Origin: Hydrolagus colliei
Taxonomy: Eukaryota
NCBI GenBank assembly: GCA_035084275.1
Contig: CM068751.1
Location: 7,316,001 to 7,380,000 of the forward strand
Reading direction: 5' to 3'
Length of the DNA: 64,000 bases
The notes under the pieces were generated by a model, which searched no databases, had not been told where the DNA came from, and saw nothing but the letters and a program-made list of their open reading frames with translations. Both the position numbers and the translations under genes were made by a program. Every line of letters begins with the position of its first letter. Positions within the stretch are counted from its first letter, which is position 1. Shown here piece by piece: positions 27,873-39,507 of this stretch.

Positions 27873-28095
27873 GATAATAATAATACTCCTTGCATTTGAT
27901 ATAAAGTGCCTTATCACATCTCTGAGATGTCTCAAAGCACTTCACAGAACATATTGTAAAGGAAATTCACTGTATATTTTGTGGGAGAAATGCAGCAGCT
28001 AATTACACACAGCAATGTCCCACAAACATTTTTAAAGAAATTATTACCCCTGGAAAAGTGATCCGCCAATCGGCTAACAAATGGGTTCCTACTGA
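27873..28095 (-). mobile_element. SINE 3' part, long-body variant
   Basis: Has the shared tail and body plus the extra segment ttattacccctggaaaagtgatccgccaatcggctaacaa, which is also present at about 62915-62965. Confidence 0.8.
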
Positions 28096-29326
28096 CTATT
28101 AATATTTATTGGAATCATAATGCAAATGGACATGCAGAACACATTTGTGAGGCATTGTGCATTGCTGCTCCTACAGCAAAAAAAATCACAAAACATTCAG
28201 TCACAATGCCCCAACAAGTGGAAACAGTCTTAAGATAAGGGAAGTTGCAGAACTTTCTATCACAAAGATCCCACGGATCTATATCCTGTATGTGCAGATC
28301 TGTTAACGTGGTTTCTGCTGAATTGTGAAAACAAATACAGTATCAAGGACTTGAGGAGGCATCACGTCTACAATTAATGTCCATCAGGTAAGGTAGATTA
28401 AACCACAGGTGTTCTTTTCACCTTTCCACCTTTTGACTGGTCATCAAATAGGATGGACAAGGCCATGAATAAATGTTTTAAAAACTAAAAAGTAGAATTA
28501 TTATTTTCCTTCCCTTCCTTCCCCCCCTTCCCCCATGTTATTTCATTGTAAATATTTTTATTTGTGGTTTAAATGGATGGAGGTAAAAGTGTAAGCTTTC
28601 TGAGCTGAAGTCTTGACCTCTGTCATGCAATGATTGACAAGTCCATCATAAGATGGCAAACAAGGTCAACCCTTGGGACTGATGTGTGATGAGATTATGA
28701 CACACTCAGAGGGGAATGCAAGGTTGTGAAGGACAGCAGTGCGATGACTGATTGTTAATGTTGACAGCCACACAGAGTATTTATGGATGTGTTCTGAAAG
28801 TCACAGCTATTTTTTTCGGTAAGGAATAAAATTTAACATTTTAAGTGATGTACACTCTTGAATGTAGCAGGAAAACCTGATCTCCTAATCAAATAAGGGT
28901 GCTTGGGTTCGTGCACATATGCAGGTGCAAAATACAATTTTAGACAGCATGAGCAAGAGCTTTCAATATAAAATACAGTGAGTCCTACATCATTTTTTAA
29001 CTGCTGCCTTTCCTTGCTGCATAATCTATTGTTAAAAGGCTGCTCTGTAGAGTGCTAAAGACAGATGTATCAATCAAGTGGAAGTGAAGTGCTGGCATTT
29101 GACTGATGTCAGGAAGGGATATGCATACTGCAGCTCCTGCTGTGCTCTATATTGATTTCCATGTACTGGGTATTTTTACAGTTCAGTCAGGAATTTACTG
29201 TGTTTTTTTCTTTTTGGCATTTGTCGCTGCTGCGGTTTGCCAGATGCATCGCGGCATTTTGGTGGGGTCTGTTGTGAAAAAAGATAGTTAGCTCCTGAAG
29301 TTGAAGCCTTTTTACATTGCTTTGGT

Positions 29327-29660
29327 GTCAGCTTGTGCTCACTTGGTCGCAGTCTGAGACCTAGGCCAATAAGTTGTGGGCTCACACCTTACCCCGTTTT
29401 TAGACTCTCATTTAGTATACCAGAGCCTGGCATTCTCAATCCTTTTGACTTTTGAAAGAGATCAAACTAACATGAAAGATCCCACATTAATACTCGAAAA
29501 GCAAAATGACTTTCTTCTAGTGTGCTGACCAACAATCTTCCAGATTAATTAATTGATCTTTCTTCAAATACTGTGTTCAGAATAGCTGCTGCTGTGCTTG
29601 GCTAGAAAAGCAAGTATTATACGTGATTTTGATAAAACATTGTTAAAACTCAAAGTTATT
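29327..29660 (+). mobile_element. Highly degraded Deu-SINE
   Basis: gtcagc..aagttgtgggctca..atgaaagatcccac..gtgtgctgaccaacaatc..aatagctgctg. Confidence 0.55.
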
Positions 29661-32600
29661 TAAGGCAGGGTTATTTATTTGCTTTATTGCGGTAGATAGA
29701 AAAAAAGGAGTTAGAAAAAGTCAGGAACAGAGCGGGAGAGAAAATTAGAGGAGAACTGACGAATGAGTGAAACAGCAATAGCAATAGTAGGCCTATACCC
29801 ATTTACCAAAAATACTGTATAAGGGGAGAAAAATAATTTGAATGGATTGAAATCTCCAAATCCTCAAAGGGCAGGGATTCCTCCATTTTGATTACAAAAC
29901 CGGAGATGATGGAGAAGATGTTTCCTCAATTTTTCTTCAGTTGCAAGTTATCCTGTTTATGTACGGTCACTTTTTTTGTTACAATTTACATTCACGGCTC
30001 ACAAGATTAGTTCACATTAAACACAATGATGAGCAGGACTTAGTTGCTGCCTCCTTCATTCTCCTCGCTGTCCCTTCAGCCAATGGACTCTGTTGCTCAC
30101 TTTTGACCAATGAATCATAGATAATCAATTCGAATAAACGCGTGGATATGTTTGTTTTCGGAGGAAGCACAAAGTTGATGAGTATTCTGGTGGAACTTGG
30201 TTTATAATGTAAGAGTGAAGTTGACAGGATTTTTTGCACTGTATTTTGCATTTCTGTATTCCTCTCGTAGTTCAGTGCATCTTTTACTTAATAAAATAAC
30301 GAATGCTTATAGTTAGATAAATATCCTTTCCTCTAATTTGACCATATGATTATTCGTTCTCTGATTTGATCAAACGTTAAGTTTTTGCACGAGTTTGTAG
30401 TGTATTGAGTGTATTCGTATCTGTGCATTAAATCTTGCTCGCGATTAAAATATTTCAGGAGTGCTTTTAGAGAGGAATAGATTTAATAAAACATGCTCAC
30501 TGCTCATTGTGATTCAGTTGCTAATGAAAGTGCTGTTGCTGAGATATCAATGCTGTACAAGAAAACTGTGACATCAACCTTGTATAGCAAATGATGAATA
30601 GTATCATTAATACAATCCTCTCCTGAACATTGGTGACATTTCAGAGTAGTCTAGGTGGAAACATGATGATATCAGAATCCGCTTTAGTAAACTGTTAACA
30701 ATGTGATTGAGAATGATCACTGGATGTGAATGTGAATCTGTTGGCCTGGACAACTGAACTTTTTGTTTTTGACTCTTCAGGAAACAGCTGCAGAGAGAAC
30801 TCTGCATACATGTTGTCTATTTGCCATCAGAAAAGGCAATTAGGACAACAATCTTCAGGTTCAGAAAGATACGTAAGTCATTCAAATATTAATAATATTT
30901 TGACAATTGTAGATACTGCATCACATTCAAGAATTATTATTTTGATCAGTGTCACCCTCAACCATGGCTGATAGGAAATCCCTATCAGTAGCGCAAACCT
31001 GGGCACAGTGTTGTTAAGGGGATGAGGATGAGTTCAAATTAGGTTTGACCAGAAAGATCTTGAACACTAATCCTCCAAAACCTTTCTTCACTGGAAAGCT
31101 GGATGGAAGGGATAGCATTTCATGAAAGCCTTGGTTTTAGAAAAAAAATAATTGCAGCTAATAATCTTATGTCATCCGAAATACCAATAGTAGGCCTGAG
31201 GGCATGAGAAAAGGTAGCTTTGTGTCTGTACTCAGAGGTTTAGAATTAGAATTTTATTAAACAACGTGTAGCGGAGCCTCAGGCTTTGGTGGGGTATTAT
31301 AACTGCCCACATATCAGCAGTTCGCTGTTTGAGTTCAGTTACAGCTTCCTCTTTTGAGTATGGCTTCAAACCAGCCAAATGCCATTGATGCCAAGCCAAA
31401 ATTCTGAGGTTTCTTGCTTGGTTCAGCTCCCTCTCTCAGAAGTCGAAGTTTAGCCTGTTAGTAACTTGAAAACCTTTGATTTGGGATGGCAAAAATCAAA
31501 GACTGAAACACCTATCCCTAGAGTACATTCTTCGTCTCAATCCAAATAGATCTAAGAGGGGGTGAATTGGGAGACATCCAAACATATACTAATTCATCCC
31601 ATCCAGATCCAGTCAGATTCAGTTGTAAATTCAATGTTCAGCCGTACATAGGGGTGTAATAGATGCCCATATCATACCCACAAAAATTACCCTTTTGCTC
31701 AAAAGCTTAACCATTGCAATGCTATTCAGCCATGTACAATCCATCACCGAAGCAAATGCTGTAACTATTACACTTGAGGGTTAATGTTCTCCTTTGAATG
31801 CTGTTAACAGTGGCAGACACAGTCAATCCAGTGGATCCTTAGCTCTGTGAGACAATTATATCCAATTGAAGCTTCACAAAGATTAATGACAAAATTTAAT
31901 TCCTCCATTGAATAGGAAAAAAAAAGCCTGAAAGTGCTTCAGACCCAAGCTGTTCCTCATTGCTCATTACTGTGCAGAGAATCAAGCTTCATAAATTTTC
32001 ATTGATCACGACCGTGAAGGGGAATTTCACCCTTATGTATAGTTGGATTTAGATGAATCAATTCACACAGCCTGTCCAAGTGTAATGGATAAAACCAATG
32101 GGTTTATTATCGAGTTGCACAGCTTGTATTCTTGGCAAAATTAGCCGCAGACATTCATTACTGCTCTCTTCCAATTAAATAAAACAACTTAATTATATGT
32201 AATGTAAAGGAAAAAAAGATAACTCGATAATTTTCAAAAACTCAAAATCAAACTCTCAGGGCCTAAAATCATTAGAATGTTGATCTGAACATTTGTGTCT
32301 TCCAAGCAACATTTGTAAAGAGATGAGTGGGTAAACAAGACAGATATTTTTGCTATTTTTCCCCCAATTCATCGCTGAACCTTTTGTAATTCTGAGGTAC
32401 CCTTTCACGTAGAAGATAAGTGTTTCTCCCATCATGGATCTTGTCTGGGTAATGCTGCTTTATAATGTTTAAGAATCTAACTTTGGTGAAATATAACACA
32501 GATTTGTAAGCCAACAATATCGCAAACATAAGTCTCTGAGCAAGAGATTAAGCCACGCAACTTTGTTCAGAAACCACACTAATCAAGGGCTCACTTCACA

Positions 32601-33226
32601 GACTCTTTCTCACAGGGGGGACGTACAAAAAAATAGATTCTGCAACTTGTTCCTTTCAATTTGTTCAATTAGCAATGCTCCTGTGGGATCCGTGTCCTCA
32701 ATCGGGGAATAGCCAAATTCTGACTTTGACAAATAACTGTTGTCTCACAGCAACAAGATTGATTTGTTGAGAGGTTTCTGGGATGGGTTCCAATCGTTTA
32801 CGAACCAGCTGATACAGGTGACTAGGGCTGGAGTTGGCTGGCGAGCATGAGGTATCTGTTCAGCTCATGCACCAGCTGCTACAGAAGAATTTAAATCTAG
32901 GGCTGCTCAGAGACACTGAAAGAGTGAAAGATTACGGGTGAGAACTTCAGAACAAGTGTTGCAGGTGTTACTACATTCTCTTCCACACCTTCTCAGCTGA
33001 CTTCATGTCTAGAAAATGGTCTTTTCACCGACAGATTATTGATGTGTCTGGCAGCTATTTTTTCATTTTACTATGCTTAGGACGAATAATGTAATTTCAT
33101 TTTCGCTGTGTATTCATTTGATCAGTAGTAGGTTGTGGTAGTAGGGCATTGACCTCTAGGATGAGCAGTTTAGTTGATTTGTTTGTTCACAGTAAGACAC
33201 TCACCGTTGTGATGCTAATCTCTGCT

Positions 33227-33545
33227 ATAATAATAATCCTTGCATTTGATATAGTGCTTTTCACATCTTATCAACATCTCAAAGCGCTTCACAGAATATA
33301 CTGTAAAGTGAATTGACTGTATCTTTGTGGGCGAAACGTGGCAGCCAATTGCACACAGCAGTGTCCCACAAACAGACATGGATTGAAATGACCAATTTTA
33401 TTGTTGTGGGTTTTTTTGGAGGGATTATTATTAGGCAATGTGGAGTAAGGAAATTTGCCTAAGGTTTCGCCCTTACCTGCCTGGATTTGAACACAGGTCT
33501 CACGCTTCTAAGGCGAGTGCTCTAACCACGGAACTACAGGACTCC
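33227..33545 (-). mobile_element. Full-length tRNA-SINE, young family
   Basis: Collinear with the copies at 27264, 48730 and 58481. B box GTTCAAATCC and a (TTA)n tail. Confidence 0.92.
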
Positions 33546-33868
33546 AGAAATGTAGAATGTTGAATCACATCAGAAGTAGAAAGTAGCACTATCACCAAAT
33601 GTTTATTGGATATTCATTTAGCCAAAATTCTAGAGCTGGGATAATGTTTCTGCTTAATAATGTTCGAGTAAGGTGCAAAATAAATCCTTATTTTCCAAAA
33701 AAAATCACGTTGTGGCAATTAAACTGTACAACTTGATCTCTATTGAATTGAAAGATACAAATGTGTTATAGAATTTGGGATTAAACCATATAACCTGAAT
33801 ATCCAAGCATTCCATCTTTGCAACCCCAAGATTCAAATCAAATGTGAGCAATCAATCATCAGGATTGT

Positions 33869-33990
33869 GGAGTTCTGTAGGTCAGTGGATAGAGCACTCA
33901 CCTTACAAATGTGAGACCTGTGTTTGAATCCGCTTTGAGACGTCTAGAAGATGTGAAAAGTGCGATATCGAATGCAAGGATTATTATTAT
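33869..33990 (+). mobile_element. Mini-SINE: tRNA head joined directly to the L2-type tail
   Basis: ggagttctgtaggtcagtggatagagcac...gtgtttgaatcc runs straight into gctttgagacgtctagaagatgtgaaaagtgcgatatcgaatgcaaggattattatt. Confidence 0.85.
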
Positions 33991-34235
33991 CAGATAAGTT
34001 ACCAAACAGCTTGGAGCCCAACCCTTACTTATAGATCCAGAGAAATTATATTGAGTTATGGGTCATTCAGACCTACCCTGAGCCTTGTTTTGAAGATCCT
34101 CTATCTGATGGTTTCATCTCCCCTCGTCTCCTGTCCAACCAAGGGAGGTGTTCACATATGCTTTAACATTTTAGGTAGGAAAAGCTCTGATCTGATTCCA
34201 GCTGATGCAAAGCCAACTACAGTATGTATAATATT

Positions 34236-34447
34236 AACAAAAATCACTGGGAACACTCAGCAGGCCAGGCAGCATCTATGGAGAAAAGAAAATGAATAAA
34301 CCTTTCGGGTCTATGACCCTTCATGAACCGGAACCTTGACTCACTTTCCTTGCACCATAGATGCCTGCCTGACCTGCTGAGTGTTCCCAGCAACTTCTGT
34401 TTTTGTTTCAGATGTCCGGCATCTGCAGTACAGTATTTTGCGTTTTT
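34236..34447. mobile_element. Second fold-back Penelope-like copy with collapsed centre
   Basis: ctgggaacactcagcaggccaggcagcatctatgg pairs with ccatagatgcctgcctgacctgctgagtgttcccag. Confidence 0.8.
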
Positions 34448-37400
34448 GTAATGTTTAACATTTCCATTGGAATGTCCTTAAGGATTGTAATGTTATCAGA
34501 GGTTGAACGCCTGGCTCCTTAATAACTTGAAAAATTAACAGTCTACCAGCTCCGAATCTCTCTTCTGCATGGCTGCATTGAATGGGTGCCTACAGTATAA
34601 TTACTGCATAATGTCTTCTTACCCTCCCAACTCGACTGCCAATACTCTAGTGTAAAGTCACAAGAGTAATTGGACCTTCCAAATCTTAAATCACTAGAGC
34701 AACACCAATCCTGAAGCAAACCATTAACTATAAATTTAAATAAATTCCACTGTGAAACACGAATTGTCTCCCGGTTGAGCTCCTGCCCAATGTAAAATGC
34801 AAGTCATAGACATCGGGAAGGTTTCAGGTTAAATCCCTACCTTCTGCCCCTGTATTTCTCTTCGCGCCACACCCCGTCACATTTGCTGTGAGAATGATTT
34901 GCTTGTAATTTGCCAACTCAGCTTTTGAGCTAGGAAATATGGGATAGCTTCTCTGGCTGACTTATTCTGCTGTTTATCTTCCTTCCTGTGCAAAGAATAT
35001 GACCGCTATTCATTTCCTCTTTGATGGAAAAAATTCTCTGTAGGAAATCATTTGTGTGAACCGTTTACTCCTGCTTTGACACCTCTCAGCATTTTTTAAA
35101 AAAAAATCTGTAATGGCAACAATACGTATTCAGTAACACATTTTTTTTAGTGCAGCTATTATGTAGGTTTATTTTGATAGTAAGATGGCTGTTCACCTTT
35201 TTAATTTTGCTAGGTACAAATAATATTTTACGGTGAGAAATGTTTCAGTAATTAATTTAGGCTGCGTTAGTAATTTTCAGTTCATTGCTAATGAAAACGC
35301 AATCTAGGGTGTAATTAGCTGGTTATGAATGGCTGATGTGCTGCATGCAGCAAATTGTTTTGAACATAAATTTAGCCGCTACTGAGATGTTCCCATCTGT
35401 TGCTCTATAAATCTAGATTGTGGTTTATGCTTGTTCAGATCAAGCAAAGTGCAAAAATTCTGTAAAAGGTCGACCTTAAACTTTAAAATGAATCAAATCT
35501 GTGCCACTTTAGTCTAAGGGTAAACTTTTTTTTACTATATATAAATATATATAAAAATAATCCTTACATTTTGATATAGAAAATTGTCTTGTGTCTCAAC
35601 TGATTCGATTGCAAAGTGTGGGTATTTGTAGGTGAATATTGCTTATGTTCAGTTACTCAATAAAGTCCACTTTCCTCAATGGTAAACCAGCAATGAAATG
35701 CTTCATGTAGTGTGTTGTAAATTTTACCTTCAGGCCCATGAACCTGTGCCTCTTGTCCTACTGGGAACCTTAAACCTACGAAACAGTATGCAGACCCGTC
35801 TCTGTGCTTTTCTGTCACGCTAACTTTGAGTAGAATGAGAACTACAAAAATCTTTCCGTTCATAATCATTATTCAGTTTTCCGGATAATGATTAGGTGTG
35901 AGTTATTATGTATAATGTGTACTTTGAAAGGAAAATATGAAAATCATATGAAAATAACCCTAACTTAAACCCTTTCAAAATATGATTTTAATTATATCTT
36001 ATAGGAAAATATGAAAATATGATTTTAATTATATCTATTGGTAAGTGCATGCACATACAAGTGCTATTGCTGTTCGAGTAGAAAATGAACAAATCCAGCA
36101 TTACCAGAATGCAAGTTATATTTTTATTACTTTCTGATTCAAAAAAATAAACTTTTTGTTCTCTTTCGCTAATGTAAGTGGATCTTCTGCATGACATTGA
36201 TAAAATCGTGGTTTACTTTGTGTGTGTGTATGTGGTAATTACAATATTTACAATGGATGTTGTAAAACCTTAACGGGCCTCAAAAACACCTTAAGTCTGC
36301 CTCTTTTTTTAAAAAAAAATAGTTTAGAGCAAGTTTGCTTCCTGTTCTTTATTGCTGTGACAGAACCATCTCTCATGCTGGACACTGTCAATGTTCCGCG
36401 CATTCAAGGCAAACTTTCCCTTTTGGAGGCTACACGAAGGACGGAATTAACCGCGAAGAATTGATTGATGTGCATTTTTTTCCTGCGCCAATGCATTGTG
36501 TCTTCATATAAAGTCAATATCCAATCTTGTATTTGACTCCAGGATAGCAGACTCAAACCATCAAGCATGCTTATTACTGCAGGAACCTCTGCCTCAGGGA
36601 TCGAGAGCCGTTCATTTTGTGATTAATTTGCAACTGTGAAATCTTATTTTCAGACTTGAGACGTGTTTCTGCATCATGTTTTACAATTCATATTATGTTG
36701 TTAAAATTTTAACTCTTGTTTAGTTTCTGTTCCTTTGTCATACTTGGCAGTGTCCCCAAAGATCAGTCATGTCTACTTCAAATGACTAGGATTTATGGTT
36801 TATTTTTGCTTCTGGACAGTGCTGATAGCTTTTACTCACAACGTTTTACTGTATTTCTGAGGGTTGATCTTCATGGGGGTACTTTCAGATATATCCTTAA
36901 GATACACTGATATATTATGAATGCCAGAACATTGGGGAAAGGATTCACCAAACAGTGCAAAGTGCTTCTTCAGTAAAATATTTATTCCTCACCCACAAAA
37001 TACAGTATTGAGGTCCATTGTTAGCTATTATAATTATACCTGAGATGGGAAGGTTTTCTCATCCTCAGGGTTAATATTCTTTATTTTGAAGGACACCAAT
37101 ATCAATTGAAACAAGTGAGTGCTTTTATTTTATAATGTGTTTACAGGAATTAAGAGCTATGTTGCTTTCAGTGGCCCATAACTGGAAGTGATAGTTAAAG
37201 CCACATATATAACCAGATCCATGATGATCAACACTGGAACAAAGGTTGCACATTGGACAAACAGATACAAACTATTTGGAATTGATGATGACAAACATTT
37301 TGAAATCTTGGTCTGTAGATGGATTTGTCAAGGCCAGGCCTACCCTCCTTTGTTTAAAACGAGGATTGGGTCAAAATTGTACTGAAGTAGAGCCAGGACA

Positions 37401-38479
37401 GTCGATGATCACATGTGGAGAAATGGCTAATAACATATTCTACATTTGGAAGTACTTGAAAGCTTAATTACTGCATGCACAAGTTTCTTCATGTGATTCT
37501 TAATTACACCCCCAAAATAACCCTGACATGAAACAATTCAGCCTCCAATTTTGTTTCATTACTGAGATTATAGTGAAGTTTGTTTGTTTACCATTAGCGC
37601 TGCTGGTCTACCATTTGTGTGTCATTGGAAACACAGGCTGCTGTGAGACTAGTGTCTGTGATCATGCCTGGCTGACAGATTAATTGCATGGAATTGAAGG
37701 TTGGTTGTTTTCATGTTTGGATGATTTGTGAAGTATTTTAGAACTGGACACAGAAAAGTTCGAACCTTTGCAGTTATGAAAGTGATTTGAGCACAAGAGC
37801 AGGCTTTCAGCTCAACAACTGTGGTGACATTTTAACCACTCCTTGAGAAAAATTGGGTGGAAATATTAGATTTTTTTTAAAATGGAGTTGGGTTCAGATG
37901 GAGGGCTAAAACTTCTCCATTTGTCTAAAAACTTAAGTTATAAATTGTACATTCTACCCTTTAGTTAGTAACTTAAGTGGAAGTTTCATAATTCAAGACT
38001 TCGGCAATCGTAAAGGGAAATATAGTGGAAATAAAACAACAGCATGTTGGGTTTGTGAGGAAAGCAGAAAATGAGAATGAGGAATAAGTTGTACTGTACT
38101 ATTCAATGCCTTATTCCTATGGCTTTTCAACTAGCAGCCACAATATAAGAGCTATGTGACTGGGAGGCTAGCTTTAGACAACTACTATATAATTCATTGC
38201 GTCCTTCAGGCCTCAGTGATAATAAAAGTAATTGGTATATGTATGATTCTGAACTTGGAGTGGAGGTCCACTCCAGGTCCTGTATTTTGCAATGTCCTTA
38301 AATGTGCCCAATAAGATTCATTAAATAGACAATTATGCTATGGTACCAATAGTGTTCTTTCATTTATGATCAAGGAAATAACTCGCTCAAGGCTTAGTGC
38401 ATCTAAATTACATCTCAGTTCAGGCCTTTAGTCTATAAATGTAAATTATTGTTGTTTAGTCGGGAAACAGCAAAAGCTA

Positions 38480-38799
38480 CCTCCTGTGTGGTTTAGATTT
38501 GATGGCTCTGTTCCACAAGCTGGGGAGACCTGTGTTCAAATCCAGGCAGGTCAGGGCGAAACCTTGGGCAAGTTTCCTTACTCCACACGCCTAATAATAA
38601 TCCCTCAAAAAAAAACCACAATAATAAAATTGGTCATTTCAATCCACGACTATTTGTGGGACACTGCTTTGCGCAATCGCCCCAAAATATACAGTCAATT
38701 ACCTTTACAGTATATTCTGTGAAGCACTTTGGGACATCGATAGGATGTAAAAAGTGCTATATCAAATGCAAGGCTTATTATTATTATTATATTATTATT
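38480..38799 (+). mobile_element. tRNA-SINE, young family, with damaged A box
   Basis: B box gttcaaatcc, then cagggcgaaaccttgggcaagtttccttactccacac, the shared body and a (tta)n tail. Confidence 0.92.
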
Positions 38800-39381
38800 G
38801 ACTCTCTTCAAAAATAATATGCGACAGCTTCAGTATCCTGAAAACATTAACAAAATAGACCATAATTTTTTTTCGTATTTTACAGTGAGTGCATTTTCCC
38901 ACAAACAAATACAACAATAAAATTGAATAACTAACATCTGATAATCTTTATCAGAGAACAGTTCTTTCCTATTGTCTTTAATAGTCGTACGAACAGTTAA
39001 ATAGAGAAGCTTCTACATCTAATTCCAACGTAAATCAATCTGTGAAAAAAAAGCTATCATTCCGGTTACTATGAATGCTCCTTTTGTTATGGTCTGAATC
39101 CACACATGATGAAACATCAGTGATAGTCTTCTGGCGGGTACGGATCTCTCTGGGGACTGGGAAGATGAGGGAGGAGAAAGGACGGTGCTTGTGTAATCCT
39201 TCCAACAAATCTCAAATTGCCAAATTGAATTCTTGCTCTTAGTTTGACAGAATTGCAATTGTGTTTTCACAGAAATTGGAGTTTCTCAAAATCATTTACA
39301 AGCCTGCATTTTCACTGTCGTCGGATATCAGATGTGCTCTCCTCTCCAGAAAATTTAGATGAGGTTCCAATAAATTTAAGG

Positions 39382-39507
39382 AAAAAGTACTGCAGATGCT
39401 GGAAATCTGATATAAACACAGAAGTCGCTGGGAACACGCAGCAGGTCAGGCAGCATCCATGGAGAGAGGGAAATTAGTTAATGTTTCAGGTCTATGACTT
39501 TTTGTCA
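39382..39507. mobile_element. Single arm of the Penelope-like element
   Basis: tactgcagatgctggaaatctga..cagcaggtcaggcagcatccatggagag..ttaatgtttcaggtctatgac. CAATAAATT occurs close to both ends. Confidence 0.78.
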
